Source: Azolla caroliniana (lineage: Eukaryota > Plantae > Polypodiophyta). From it: 64,000 nucleotides of DNA. The stretch lies in NCBI GenBank assembly GCA_043228905.1, contig JBHGNT010000005.1, forward strand, positions 2,480,001-2,544,000, written 5' to 3'. A model generated the notes under the pieces. The model searched no databases. It was given only the letters and a program-made list of their open reading frames with translations, and was not told where the DNA came from. Shown piece by piece: positions 52,633 through 63,931 of the stretch (positions within the stretch are counted from its first letter, which is position 1; each line of letters begins with the position of its first letter). Made by a program: the position numbers and the translations under genes.

Positions 52633-53311
52633 CATGCCACACAAATTTGACACAACTATGCATTTCGATGGCCACTCCCCATTGATACATATCATTTTAA
52701 GATTTGTATTATAAAATTACATACACATGTTTGATGCCAATGGAAGGATAAACACATGGTCCAGACTTATAATTCCTTAAAAAGCTGATTCAAATTCTCG
52801 AATTGAAAGGTAATTTTAGAAATTGGCAAGCTTGCTAAAAATTGCATTAAAATAAAAATATGTAATAATGTATTTGATTTTCTCACCCCCATCCCACAAG
52901 TTGTGATTGACACAAACACATTCATATTCAAATCCTAAATTATAATACATATTTAATACACAAATGCAACGATAAAAGATCGATCACATGGTCCACACAC
53001 AAGTTTGACACAACCACTCAATCTTTTGGTAGAGATATCTCGACAATCACCATCTAAGAGAAACAATAAAAAGAGTCACATGGTCCCCGATCAAGAGTTG
53101 TATCCAACAAACTCTATTCGCTAACAACTTTCCTAGTGAAGGCCACATGTTTTGAAGGAGTGGGAAGTAGAAAGTATATCCTTCAAAAAAAAGGTGGGGC
53201 CTACTTTCACGAAACACCAATAAAAATGGGAGCTTGGATCTCAAAGTTTCTTATGTGCATTGTATATTGATAAATAAGTTTAATTAAATAATAATAATTG
53301 TTGTTATTATC

Positions 53312-54369
53312 ATGGGGAGTAAAACAATTAATGGTCTTTTAATTCTTCTTCTTCTCTCCATTTCCCTCTTCTTTTCCTTTTGTGCTTGCAATAATATGGA
53401 TGAGAGAAACAAAGAAGTCACTATGACACAAGCACTTGTGTCAATCCTTGATGAACCGAGAATCACCACCTTAGGTAAATGTACTCTTCCAATATGGCAT
53501 TTGTTATTGTTCCTTATGTTATTCCATTACTAAGGTTGCTTTCTGCTACCACAAATTAGTTCATATATTACTTAAGCTCAACTTACCAATGTCTTTAAGT
53601 TAATCGGTTTAGACCCCGTGCAATTTGTTAAGCTCGCTCAGTCATTAAGATGCTCCTTCCTTAACTTCTCAAGGTTTTGTTGAAAATCTCTCATGGTTCT
53701 TCAGTATCTTTATAGATTGTTTGCTATCATTGGTACATTAACAAGCTCGATTCATCAACATAGTTGCAATTAATCTCCTGAGCTCATATAAACATGATGA
53801 CATTACTATTAATCATTGTTAATGAGCTCAATCTGTTTGACTTATAATTAACATCATTGTAAAACTCATTAAGTGGTGTTGTCATCCTAAAGTTCATTAA
53901 ATATTTATGTGAAGGGTTAATGCTAGTTCAATATTGATTACATTTTATTACATTTTCTATTATAAGTGCCCTTACTTTTTATTTGATCTAATGGTGATTG
54001 TATATTAATAACTAGATTTTAACATGTGAGGACTCTAGCTTGTCTTCTTTATGGTATTACTTGCTGGTTAGTTCAAAAAGCTATGAGTAATAAAGATAGT
54101 TCTTAACTACTGATTTTATGCAAAATGATTTGGGTCTAAATCAAATCCCTATGTCTTGTATTTTATTTTTGCCAGCATCAAGTGACACTAAATCTAAACT
54201 AAATGATAAACCCGGCAAAAAATCTTCTAAATGCACCTCAAAGAAATGCAAGTGTAAAAAGACCAGCAAGAAATTCTTGTCTAAATGTTCTAGTGCAACC
54301 ACTCACGTCATAAGTTGGAGTCTTTCATTGTTTGCAAGTACCTTGGTTCTCTATACTCTCTTCTTTTGA
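53312..54369 (+). CDS. Small secreted Lys/Cys-rich protein with predicted GPI-anchor signal, 118 aa, family unknown
   Basis: Exons 53312-53474 (G|GTAAAT) and 54176-54369 (TTTTTGCCAG|CA) are in phase. An N-terminal signal peptide precedes a basic KKSSKCTSKKCKCKKTSKK stretch. SSA plus a spacer and a hydrophobic C-terminus follow, with no cytoplasmic tail. Confidence 0.7.
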
Positions 54370-57341
54370 GTAGTGCCATGTCAAAATGTGAGAAGCTAGG
54401 TATGACTTCGATACCATGATTCAATATTAGTTCAATCATGTATTATTTCACACTAATTGTGCTACAAGTTGGTTTTCAAGCTCCTTCCTCAACTTATCAT
54501 GTATGTACTATGGAATTTGTGATGCAAAACACAAGTTCCGGTCATAAATATTGAAATTACGTGGACCCAAAGGGTAAGTGTGATTGAGACCTCAATTATC
54601 GAATACATTCATTCACATGTTCTAGCCATTGCTTTATTTTAACTTGTGTGCTTTTCTAGAACGATCTCACTTTTTGTGATGTTTTTCATTTGCTTTTTGA
54701 AAAACAATACATTCGAGTGTGGTTTGGTGGCAAATCCATTGTATATGTAACCATTGTAAAGAGGAAAAATGATTTTCATTAAATACTTTTTTCTATTAGG
54801 GATATTATTAGTATTTTGAAACTATAGGGGCAGTATGTAGACTTGATATTGTCCCCTTTGTAAATTGCTTATTAAAAAGAATCTCCTAATAGTTATAATG
54901 ACATTCATCGTTCGATCGGCCTTGTATATTTAGCTTGGTAATTCATCCACAAGCAACGATAATGCATTCAAATCAGCCAATGATGAAGAGAAGTTACATT
55001 AGCATTCTCAACTTATTTGATAGATGCCCATTACAAGCTTGTTCCTATTCAACTTATATATGGTGTACTTCCATTTCAATATCAGAGCTGATTCCCTTAG
55101 AATCTACAACATGATTAAACAAAATCAACCCTATTGGTCATGAACCATATTAGCCAACAATTTGGAGACTCGGTGAATGTATAAGAGTGACCATTTTGAT
55201 GAAGCATCTATAAGACATCTAAATAGCCATGATTTATTTGATACAACAATGAATGCTAAATTTGAGCTTTGTTTCATAGGAGCGGTTTCCAAATTTTTAT
55301 TTCAACTTTTAATGCATTTGGAGGATTTTGATTCCGCTTAATTTTCTATAGAATTCGTTCTATATGCATACCCTTAATATAACTATATAATAATAAGACA
55401 TATATGTAATACCCTTAACCCTTGAGTACACATATTTTGAATAGCATCCTTTTTTCCCAAAAAGTGACAAACCTTTATAGAACTCGAGCTTCAAATAATT
55501 TTTAGAAAAGAGCAAACTTCTGAAATTGTCCTTGTGAAATATACTACAAAGCAAGTTTTTTTCCAAACACTTGCTCAAGTGAGGACAATGCAGTAAATGT
55601 AGTGTGCCGCAATGCGATATTTTTTTATAAATTTTCAAAGTCAGTAACTAAGCCACCATGGCCTCAAAATGCAAATAAGAACAATACAAGTCCTTTTAAG
55701 ATATTACATATGGTTGATTCATAACCAAGAACAAGAGTTAATACCCATACAATTATAATAAGTCTCCTTCTAGAGGTGTATGATGTTCATTAATTTCAAT
55801 CCAATGAAAGCCATGACCATGTTTATTTCTAACATATGCTTATGTAAACTTACCATTATTATAATAGTGTGTCAACCATGTCAATCACTATACAATGAAT
55901 GTAAGATATGTTAAATCATTAGCTTATATGACCTAATCACTCAAAGTTGCCATGTTGATATCATTCAATTGGTAAATATGATAGAGAAACATTGACATCA
56001 TTCCAATTCAAGTTTTCATGGATATGCTATAATCAAGGTAAATCTCACTATTTTATGACAAGCATGAGAGTTGGGAAATAGTAACACCATTTGAAGAGCA
56101 CATGGAATTGCTAATCTCGTAACTGAGATGCCATTTCAAACATTAGGAATGTTATGATTAATTGTTCTTTTTCCTTAGATAAATTCCCTTAATTGCATAT
56201 AGCCCATGTGGATCAAGGGCCATCATTATAATGTGTACATATGTTGTGGTCCACTTAACCTTGTTTATATGTGTCCTACATGTTTGTGTGTGTGTGTGAC
56301 ATGTACATTTGAGTTGTTTGTCACTTTCCATGAGTGGTGTTTTATTACAAGACCTTTGCTATCTTTTTTGCATGGATGATTCTTTGGGCAATTTGTTGGA
56401 ATTGACAATAGGCAATATGGACATTGCTTACGCTCAACATAAATTTGGGCACGCAACATCCTATCCATATTGCATATTCTACAAGATGACAATCACCCCC
56501 TTTATGTTTGTTGCACTTCTTGTGACATCAACAAGAACAAGAATTCTTATTTTTTAATGTTCTAATCTAGTATGTAAATTAATCTTTGCAAGTTAAGACA
56601 TGGATAGCAAAGTTTCTATTTGTAAATAATGCATGCCTGAAAACAAACATGTGTGTACAATGATATAGAAGTAATTATAAATGATGTTAGGTCATATTTG
56701 TGACATACACTAAACTTGGACCTATCAAATAATCTCTAGATTCACACTTTATACATTGGGAAATTAACCCCAATAACAACATACAAGAAAACTAGGTTGG
56801 TATATTTTATACAAGAAGACAAACATGTTTGGCTATATCTCTATCATAGTCCAAAGTGACATAGAGAGTATCACTTATGGACTAAAGTGAAGCACTTTCA
56901 TGGTATGGGGAGTTTATAAGGGAATCGTGGATTTCAACAATTTTATTTATGAAATATACGAGCCTTAAGGCATTTTAATTCAACACTAGTTGTGAATTTC
57001 TCAATTGAACTAAAGTGAAGCATTTTCATATCGTGCTTGAGTTTATAAGTGATTCTAGATGTTCGAATGTTTTACTTCTGGAATACAAGAGCCATCTTGT
57101 AAATTATACATCTCTCTTTGAGTTCTAGATTTTGTCGTGCCCTTTTGTGGCTTTGGGCATATAACTTATTCTATAATTTCTTTATTATTTTGTCGAGTAT
57201 TTGATGTTCTCTTGTTTTTGACATTTTGATATTTTGTTCACGTTGAAATCCTCTTCTTCAATTTCGAACTATTTTTTTCTTTAATATGGAGGATATAAAA
57301 CGTCAAGCAATAGTTTATGTCTGGGAGCCTTAGGTGTTGAG

Positions 57342-57830
57342 TGTCATGAAAGGGTGGAATGAGGCTAAGTACTACGAGAGAGCAAGAGCATAAGCAAGAT
57401 CACAAGATTGTCATGGACAAGTAGATGAGGCTCAATATTAAGAGATAACGGGAGAGAGAGCATAGACAAGAGAACAGGCAAGAGAGAGAGAGAGAGAGAA
57501 AAAAAAAGACAAATGAACAAGAACTGAATTATGATTTCGTAACTAGTGTTGTTCACCTTGATTGTAATCAAGGTGGTGCACTCCAGTATTTATACAAGAA
57601 TGTGGAGGTATGCATGAAAGCTAGAAGACTTCCAGAGAGTACATGAAGATGCATGCTCTAGAAGGTTCTTGAAAGTTCTAGTGATCAATCTATAATGAAA
57701 TAAGTTGAATCTTATATAATACAATAATGTGTAGATGGATATAGCTCAATTGGTATTATATGTTGCCCAATAAGACCAGAAGGTCATGGGCTCAACCCCC
57801 ACCATTCCATGTGGCATCTTGTCTATGACA
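57342..57830 (-). mobile_element. Solo LTR (489 bp) containing an HSE, a TATA box and a tRNA-like module
   Basis: Termini are TGTCA...TGACA, with a 5-bp TSD TTGAG at 57337-57341 and 57831-57835. A minus-strand TATAAATA at ~57593-57586 is followed by a CT-rich leader. Confidence 0.8.
57661..57678. promoter_or_regulatory. Perfect 4-unit heat-shock element in the solo LTR
   Basis: GAAggTTCttGAAagTTC. Confidence 0.7.
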
Positions 57831-58229
57831 TTGAGCCATATAAAGGGGATTATTAACTCTTTCATTACGACAATGATGAGGCCAAGTTGTCGTTATTCAA
57901 CAACCAATGTATATAACATGAGGTAATACTCAGATGTATGGAACAACAATGGTATTTTATGTTTGTCTCATTTCCTTGGTTTAGGGGTGGTCGACGTGGT
58001 TAAGCACCCTTAATCCATTATTCTCCTTTATCTCTTATTATTTTCTCATCACTAAATTGATCCCTGATAGACTAGATATTCATAACTTGTTGTGGGATAT
58101 GGTCTAACTAGAGTTCGACTCTTTTGGAAGACGCCAATGCGTAGACATACTCAAGTTTTAGAAGAAAAGCTATAAGATAGTGGAATACATCATATGGATG
58201 AATCTCCACCAAGTTACCCACATATTCTC

Positions 58230-58505
58230 TGACGGGAACCCAATGTTCCTTATGCGCAACGCTCGGCCACAACCGAGATTCTTTTCATACACAGAAAACG
58301 GGAAATAGAACACGACACAAAGAGGAAGACAAATACACAGGAGGTTTACGTGGAAAACCCCAAACTAGGGGAAAAACCATGGCAGCCCACGGGCTGCAAA
58401 CTGTCACTATGTAAGAATGTACAAAACAGTGAGTTCACGGAGGCAACGACCTCGTGCTCACGATCTTCGCCACAAGCGGCGGTTTCAACAGAGGCAACGA
58501 CCTCG

Positions 58506-58538
<33 letters not shown>

Positions 58539-59061
58539 AGTTGCGCACTCTCTCTTCTTCTTGCACCAACAAGAAAATTAACAATCAATCTATTAGTTTG
58601 CCCTAAGTCATATTTATACTAATATGACTTTTCGGCTATTTACAAATATATAGCCACAATGGGCTCTCAGAAACATATTTACGAATATGTCTCTTCCTCC
58701 GGTTCATACCGGGCCTGCACCATCCGGCTCTCCGTAGCCAGGTACTCCTCATCCGGTTCATATCGGGCCTGCACCATCCGGCTCTCCGTAGCCGGGTACT
58801 CCTCATCCGGTTCATATCGGGCCTGCACCATCCGGCTCTCCGTAACCGGGTACTCCTCATCCGGTTCATACCGGGCTTGCACCATCCGGCTCTCCGTAAC
58901 TGGGTACTCCTCATCCGGTTCATACCGGGCCTGCACCATCCGGCTCTCCGTAGCCGGGTCCCTCTTCATACGGTTTCGGCCTCAGCCTATCGGCCTCGGC
59001 CGAGTTTGTTCATCGTCACTGATCTTCTCACTTCCCATCCGGAGGGACCTGTCTCCCAACA
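58230..59061 (-). repeat. 3' LTR (832 bp) with five 54-bp tandem repeats at ~58699-58960
   Basis: Direct repeat of 63155-63931. The repeat unit is CCGGTTCATACCGGGCCTGCACCATCCGGCTCTCCGTAGCCGGGTACTCCTCAT. Confidence 0.95.
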
Positions 59062-59224
59062 AACTCCCCCTTCACTCCGGCATGGGGTGTCTTACCAGTC
59101 CGATCCTCTTCCGGCATGCGTCCAGCTTGTCGGGTGTCAGCACTTTGGTCAGCATATCTGACCCGTTCTCGGCCGTGTGGATCTTCGTCAGTGCGAATTC
59201 CTGGTCATCTACTCTTTCCCGGAT

Positions 59225-62200
59225 CTAGTGATACCTCCGCTGGATATGCTTCATCCGGGAATGGTAGGCCGCATTCTTAGCAAGGTGGATGGCACTTTGA
59301 CTGTTGCAGTGGAGTCGGTATTCCTCTTGCCGGATACCGAGCTCTCCGATGAAGTCCTTCATCCATAATATTTCCTTGCCGGCTTCCACAGCCGCCATGT
59401 TCTCCGCCTCTGTGGTTGACAATGCAACCGTCTTCTGCAGCCTCGACTGCCACGAAACAGCTCCCCCTGCATATGTCATCACATACCCAGATGTAGACCG
59501 GCTGGTATCCACATCAGCCGACATGTCTGAATCGGTGAAACCGTCCAGTTGAGGTTTTTCGGAGCCAAATCGGAGACACATATTTGAAGTGCCCTTCAAA
59601 TACCGGAGTATCCACTTGACCGCGTTCCAGTGCTCCTTGCCGGGGTTGCTCATAAACTGGCTCACCACTCCGACTGCGTATCCAATGTCCGGTCGGGTAC
59701 AAACCATTGCGTACATCAAGCTCCCGACGGCAGAGGCATATGGGATCTTCATCATATCCGCCTTCTCTGCTTTCGTCTTCGGGCTTTGCTTACCGGATAG
59801 CCTGCAGTTTGCCGGAAGTGTCGATCCGACTGGTTTCGCTTCTGGCATGTTGAACCGGTGAAGCACCTTTGTCACGTACTTCTCCTGTGACAGCCATAAT
59901 TGCTTCTTTAACTGGTCCCGAATGATGTGCATCCCCAACATCTGTCTTGCCGGACCCAAGTCTTTCATTGAGAAGGTTCGGTTTAGAGCCTTCTTCAGCA
60001 TCCGTATTTTGACTTGGTCACGTCTGACGATCAACATGTCATCCACGTACAGGAGGAGTATCAGGAAGTCCCCTCCTTCGAACTTCTTAACAAACACGCA
60101 GTGATCAGCCTGCGTCTTGTGGTACCCTTGATCGGTCATGAAGGAGTCGAACTTCCAGTACCATTGCCGGGGAGCCTGCTTCAGTCCGTACAGGCTCTTC
60201 TTCAACCGGCATACCAGGTGCTCCTTCCCTTTCTCCACAAATCCTTCCGGTTGCTGCATGTAGATCTCCTCTTCGAGGTCGCCGTGAAGGAATGTCGTCT
60301 TCACGTCCAGCTGCTCTACCTCGAGGTCCATGCTTGGTGCTATACTCAGCACCGTCCGGATGGAGGTCATCTTTACTACCGGGGCAAATATCTCGTCGAA
60401 GTCCACGCCCTTCTTCTGTTGGAACCCCTTCACCACGATCCTGGCTTTGTATCTCGGGGGGTTGCCGGCATCTCCCGGTTTCAACTTGTACACCCACTTG
60501 TTTCGGAGTGCCCACTTTCCTTTCGGCAACTCCACCAATTCGTATGTATGGTTCTCATGCAGGGAATCCATCTCATCCTGCATGGCACTTAACCATTTTC
60601 GGTTGTGGGTGTCTTCCTTCGCTTCTTCGAAGCTTTCCGGCTCCCCCTCATCGGTCAGCAGAACATGCTCTGCATCCGGAAATCTCCGGGGCGCCCTTCT
60701 CTCTCTGAGAGGATATCTCCGTCTTCGGGCTTCGGTAACCGGCTCCTCCATTTGCTCTTCATCCGAATCCGATTCGGGGTCTTGGCCGGTTCCGGTCTCA
60801 GCTTCCTCTACCTCTTCTTCTGCCGGTTCGGTATCCTCACCGTAACCGGCTGGTTCCTCGAGTGCTAACCGGTCTCTTGCCGGTTGGATCTGCTCATCGT
60901 AGAGTCTATTCTTACCGGTCGACTTGGAGTTCATTATCTTCTTCTCCGACTCCCAGTCGGCGAGCGTCTTGTTCTCCATGAAGATAATATCTCGACTTCG
61001 GAATACCTTCTTGTTGACCGGGTCCCACACTCGGTAGCCGAACTCATCGTCATCGTAACCGAGGAATATGCATGGTCGGGTCTTTGGATCTAGCTTTCCT
61101 CTCCGGTCCTTAGCTACATGCACGTACGCGAGACACTCGAACACCTTCAGATGCCGGTAGGATACTTCCTTACCGGTCCACACTCTCTGTGGCGTGTCTC
61201 CGTCCAAGGGTACTGAGGGTGATCTATTAATCACATATGTCACCGTCGACAGTGCCTCAGCCCAAAACTTCTTGGGTAGTTTTGCATGCGCTAGCATACT
61301 CCAGACCCTCTCCATTATGGTTCGGTTCATCCTCTCGGCCAGTCCGTTTAGTTCTGGCTTCTTCGGCACAGTAAATTCGAGTCGGATTCCCTTCGAGCGG
61401 CAGTAATCCTCGAACTGCCCCCGGTACTCTCCTCTGTTATCAGCTCGAACCGCCTTCAACTTCCGGCTGGTTTCTCTTTCCACTCTTGCGTGGAGCTCTT
61501 TGAAGACGGATAACACCTGATCCTTCGTCTTCAACGGTGTGGCCCACAGCTTCCGGCTGTGGTCATCTATGAACATCACGAAGTACTGCGCTCCGGCATG
61601 TGACTTCGTGTCTACCTGACACACATCCGTATGCACCAACTCCAGTGGTGCATTACGTCTTATCGGTGGCCTTGGTCGGAAGGAGGTCCGGTTCTGCTTA
61701 CTAGCCAGACAATCAGTGCACTTCTCTAAGTGCACGTTCTTCATTGGAATGAGGTTGTCGTCTGCAAGCCTCTTCATCCCCTTCTCGCTCATATGACACA
61801 GCCTCTTGTGCCACAACTCACCAGCAGTGTCGGATGCCACGTTCACTTCTTCCGGACATAACCGAGCATTCATCAGGTACAATGTGTTTACCTTCCGGGC
61901 CCGAGCCACAATCAGGCTCCCTTTGCTGAACTTCATGACACCGTTCCGGATGCTACCCGTGTAGCCTTCATCATCTAGCCGACCGGCTGATATCAGGTTC
62001 AGACGAACTTCCGGAACGTGTCGGACATGCTTCAGCAGCAACTTGCATCCGGTTGGTGTTGTCAACCACACGTCTCCTATGCTGACAATTCGGCATGTTC
62101 CTTCATTCCCCATCCGGACACGGCCGTGATCACCGGCTGAATAGGATGAGAAGCATTTCCGGTCCGGGGTAAGGTGGAACGACGCTCCGGAGTCTACCAC

Positions 62201-63118
62201 CCAGGTCATCTCGTCGCCGGCAAGGTTTATCTCACACTCCTCGGTGATGAGCATCAACTCTTCTTCACTTGCCGCGATTGCCGTCGTTCCCTTCCGGTCT
62301 GGTCCCCTCCGGTCTTTACCGTTCCGGTCCGGGGTTTGCTTTGAATCGGTACCGTCGGTTTCCTTGTCTTTACGGAAATGCCGACAGTTCTTTTGGAAGT
62401 GTCCCGGCTTGCCGCAATAGAAGCAAGTAGGCCTTCCCCTTGACTTTGACCGTGTCCCCGACTTCTCCCGGTTCTGGGGACTACGGTTTCTCTGTCTTCC
62501 GCGTTCCGATTCGGTAAGAAGCGCTTTGGAGGCGGAGCTCGTATCTTTGTCTTTCCGACGCGCCTCCTCATCTAACAAACTCGACTTTACTCTTGCTAGG
62601 GATAACCGTTTTCCTTCCGGCCCGGCGTTGCCCAAAGTGACAACCAACGTCTCCCAGCTATCCGGGAGGGAACCGAGCAGGAGTAGCGCTAGTACCTCAT
62701 CGGCGAGAGGTACTTCCAATGAAGTAGCCTGGTGGATCAACCCCTGGAAGGCATTCATGTGCTCCGCCATGCTGGAGCCATCTTGGTACCGGAGTCTTAC
62801 TAGCTTCCGGAATACCGACACCTGATTGACAACATTTTTGTTCTGAAACATTATGCCGATCTTCTCCCAGAGCTCATGAGCCTTGCTCTCTTCATTGAAG
62901 TTGTTGTATAGGCTCATGTCGATGAAGCACCGTATGTACGCCGTTGTCTTCATGTGCATCACCTCCCATATCGCGGCGTCGATTTTGTCCAGTCTCTTGT
63001 CCCCAAACTGAACCGGCAGCCAGAGGTCCTTAACCACGAGCATGTCCCTCATCTTCGACTTCCACACTGAATAGTTGGAGCCGGTGAGCTTGAACATGCC
63101 GCCAAACGATTTGTCCAT
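59225..63118 (-). CDS. Copia gag-pol polyprotein, truncated by a nonsense codon in RNase H
   Basis: The likely start is MDKSFGG at 63118. Domains include the CCHC knuckle CFYCGKPGHFQKNC, protease DSGAS, integrase HHCC with D-D-E, RT YVDD and RNase H. A TAG at 59227-59225 interrupts the frame, which continues to a TGA at ~59072. Confidence 0.93.
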   Translation of the reverse strand: MDKSFGGMFKLTGSNYSVWKSKMRDMLVVKDLWLPVQFGDKRLDKIDAAIWEVMHMKTTAYIRCFIDMSLYNNFNEESKAHELWEKIGIMFQNKNVVNQVSVFRKLVRLRYQDGSSMAEHMNAFQGLIHQATSLEVPLADEVLALLLLGSLPDSWETLVVTLGNAGPEGKRLSLARVKSSLLDEEARRKDKDTSSASKALLTESERGRQRNRSPQNREKSGTRSKSRGRPTCFYCGKPGHFQKNCRHFRKDKETDGTDSKQTPDRNGKDRRGPDRKGTTAIAASEEELMLITEECEINLAGDEMTWVVDSGASFHLTPDRKCFSSYSAGDHGRVRMGNEGTCRIVSIGDVWLTTPTGCKLLLKHVRHVPEVRLNLISAGRLDDEGYTGSIRNGVMKFSKGSLIVARARKVNTLYLMNARLCPEEVNVASDTAGELWHKRLCHMSEKGMKRLADDNLIPMKNVHLEKCTDCLASKQNRTSFRPRPPIRRNAPLELVHTDVCQVDTKSHAGAQYFVMFIDDHSRKLWATPLKTKDQVLSVFKELHARVERETSRKLKAVRADNRGEYRGQFEDYCRSKGIRLEFTVPKKPELNGLAERMNRTIMERVWSMLAHAKLPKKFWAEALSTVTYVINRSPSVPLDGDTPQRVWTGKEVSYRHLKVFECLAYVHVAKDRRGKLDPKTRPCIFLGYDDDEFGYRVWDPVNKKVFRSRDIIFMENKTLADWESEKKIMNSKSTGKNRLYDEQIQPARDRLALEEPAGYGEDTEPAEEEVEEAETGTGQDPESDSDEEQMEEPVTEARRRRYPLRERRAPRRFPDAEHVLLTDEGEPESFEEAKEDTHNRKWLSAMQDEMDSLHENHTYELVELPKGKWALRNKWVYKLKPGDAGNPPRYKARIVVKGFQQKKGVDFDEIFAPVVKMTSIRTVLSIAPSMDLEVEQLDVKTTFLHGDLEEEIYMQQPEGFVEKGKEHLVCRLKKSLYGLKQAPRQWYWKFDSFMTDQGYHKTQADHCVFVKKFEGGDFLILLLYVDDMLIVRRDQVKIRMLKKALNRTFSMKDLGPARQMLGMHIIRDQLKKQLWLSQEKYVTKVLHRFNMPEAKPVGSTLPANCRLSGKQSPKTKAEKADMMKIPYASAVGSLMYAMVCTRPDIGYAVGVVSQFMSNPGKEHWNAVKWILRYLKGTSNMCLRFGSEKPQLDGFTDSDMSADVDTSRSTSGYVMTYAGGAVSWQSRLQKTVALSTTEAENMAAVEAGKEILWMKDFIGELGIRQEEYRLHCNSQSAIHLAKNAAYHSRMKHIQRRYH

Positions 63119-63154
63119 TTTTTTTTTTGTGTCAAACCTTGCTCTGATACCACT

Positions 63155-63931
63155 TGATGGAAACCCAACGTTCCTTATGCGCAACACTCGGCCACAACCG
63201 AGATTCTTTTCATACACAGAAAACGGGAAATAGAACACGACACAAAGAGGAAGACAAATACACAGGAGGTTTACGTGGAAAACCCCAAACTAGGGGAAAA
63301 ACCACGGCAGCCCACGGGCTGCAAACTGTCACTATGTAAGAATGTACAAAACAGTGAGTTCACGGAGGCAACGACCTCGTGCTCACGATCTTCACCACAA
63401 GCGGCGGTTTCAACAGAGGCAACGACCTCGTCTCTCTCTCTCTCTCTCTGTACAGTTGCGCACTCTCTCTTCTTCTTGCACCAACAAGAAAATTAACAAT
63501 CAATCTATTAGTTTGCCCTAAGTCATATTTATACTAATATGACTTTTCGGCTATTTACAAATATATAGCCACAATGGGCTCTCAGAAACATATTTACGAA
63601 TATGTCTCTTCCTCCGGTTCATACCGGGCCTGCACCATCCGGCTCTCCGTAGCCGGGTACTCCTCATCCGGTTCATACTGGGCCTGCACCATCCGGCTCT
63701 CCGTAGCCGGGTACTCCTCATCCGGTTCATACCGGGCCTGCACCATCCGGCTCTCCGTAACCGGGTACTCCTCATCTGGTTCATACCAGGCCTGCACCAT
63801 CCGGCTCTCCGTAACCGTGTACTCATCCGGTTCATACCGAGCCTGCACTATCCGGCTCTCCGTAGTCGGGTCCCTCCTCATACGGTTTCTGATCTTCTCA
63901 CTTCCCATCCGGAGGGACCTGTCTCCCAACA
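63155..63931 (-). repeat. 5' LTR (777 bp) with five ~54-bp tandem repeats at ~63614-63870
   Basis: Direct repeat of 58230-59061, adjacent to the PBS. Confidence 0.95.

Larger units (their letters stand above)
58230..63931 (-). mobile_element. Full-length Ty1/copia LTR retrotransposon (Tnt1/Tork-like)
   Basis: The TSD TTCTC lies at 58225-58229 and 63932-63936. TG..CA LTRs span 63155-63931 (5') and 58230-59061 (3'). The PBS TGGTATCAGAGC (tRNA-iMet) is at 63152-63141 and the PPT AAGGGGGAG at ~59072-59064. Domain order is gag-PR-IN-RT-RH. Confidence 0.97.

Noticed and set aside
58699-58960. CRISPR-like regular repeat array
   Set aside because: Units are head-to-tail with no unique spacers, the context is a eukaryotic LTR, and there are no cas genes.
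58636-59228. ORFs with 18-aa repeats (RRAGWCRP..., MVQARYEPDEEY..., SSSGSYRACTIRL...), also at 63551-63962
   Set aside because: They are translations of the stop-poor 54-bp LTR minisatellite in several frames, with no evidence of a real protein.
63119-63238. N-terminal extension of the 1337-aa copia ORF
   Set aside because: It runs through the PBS into the LTR from a non-ATG start; the plausible start is the ATG at 63118.
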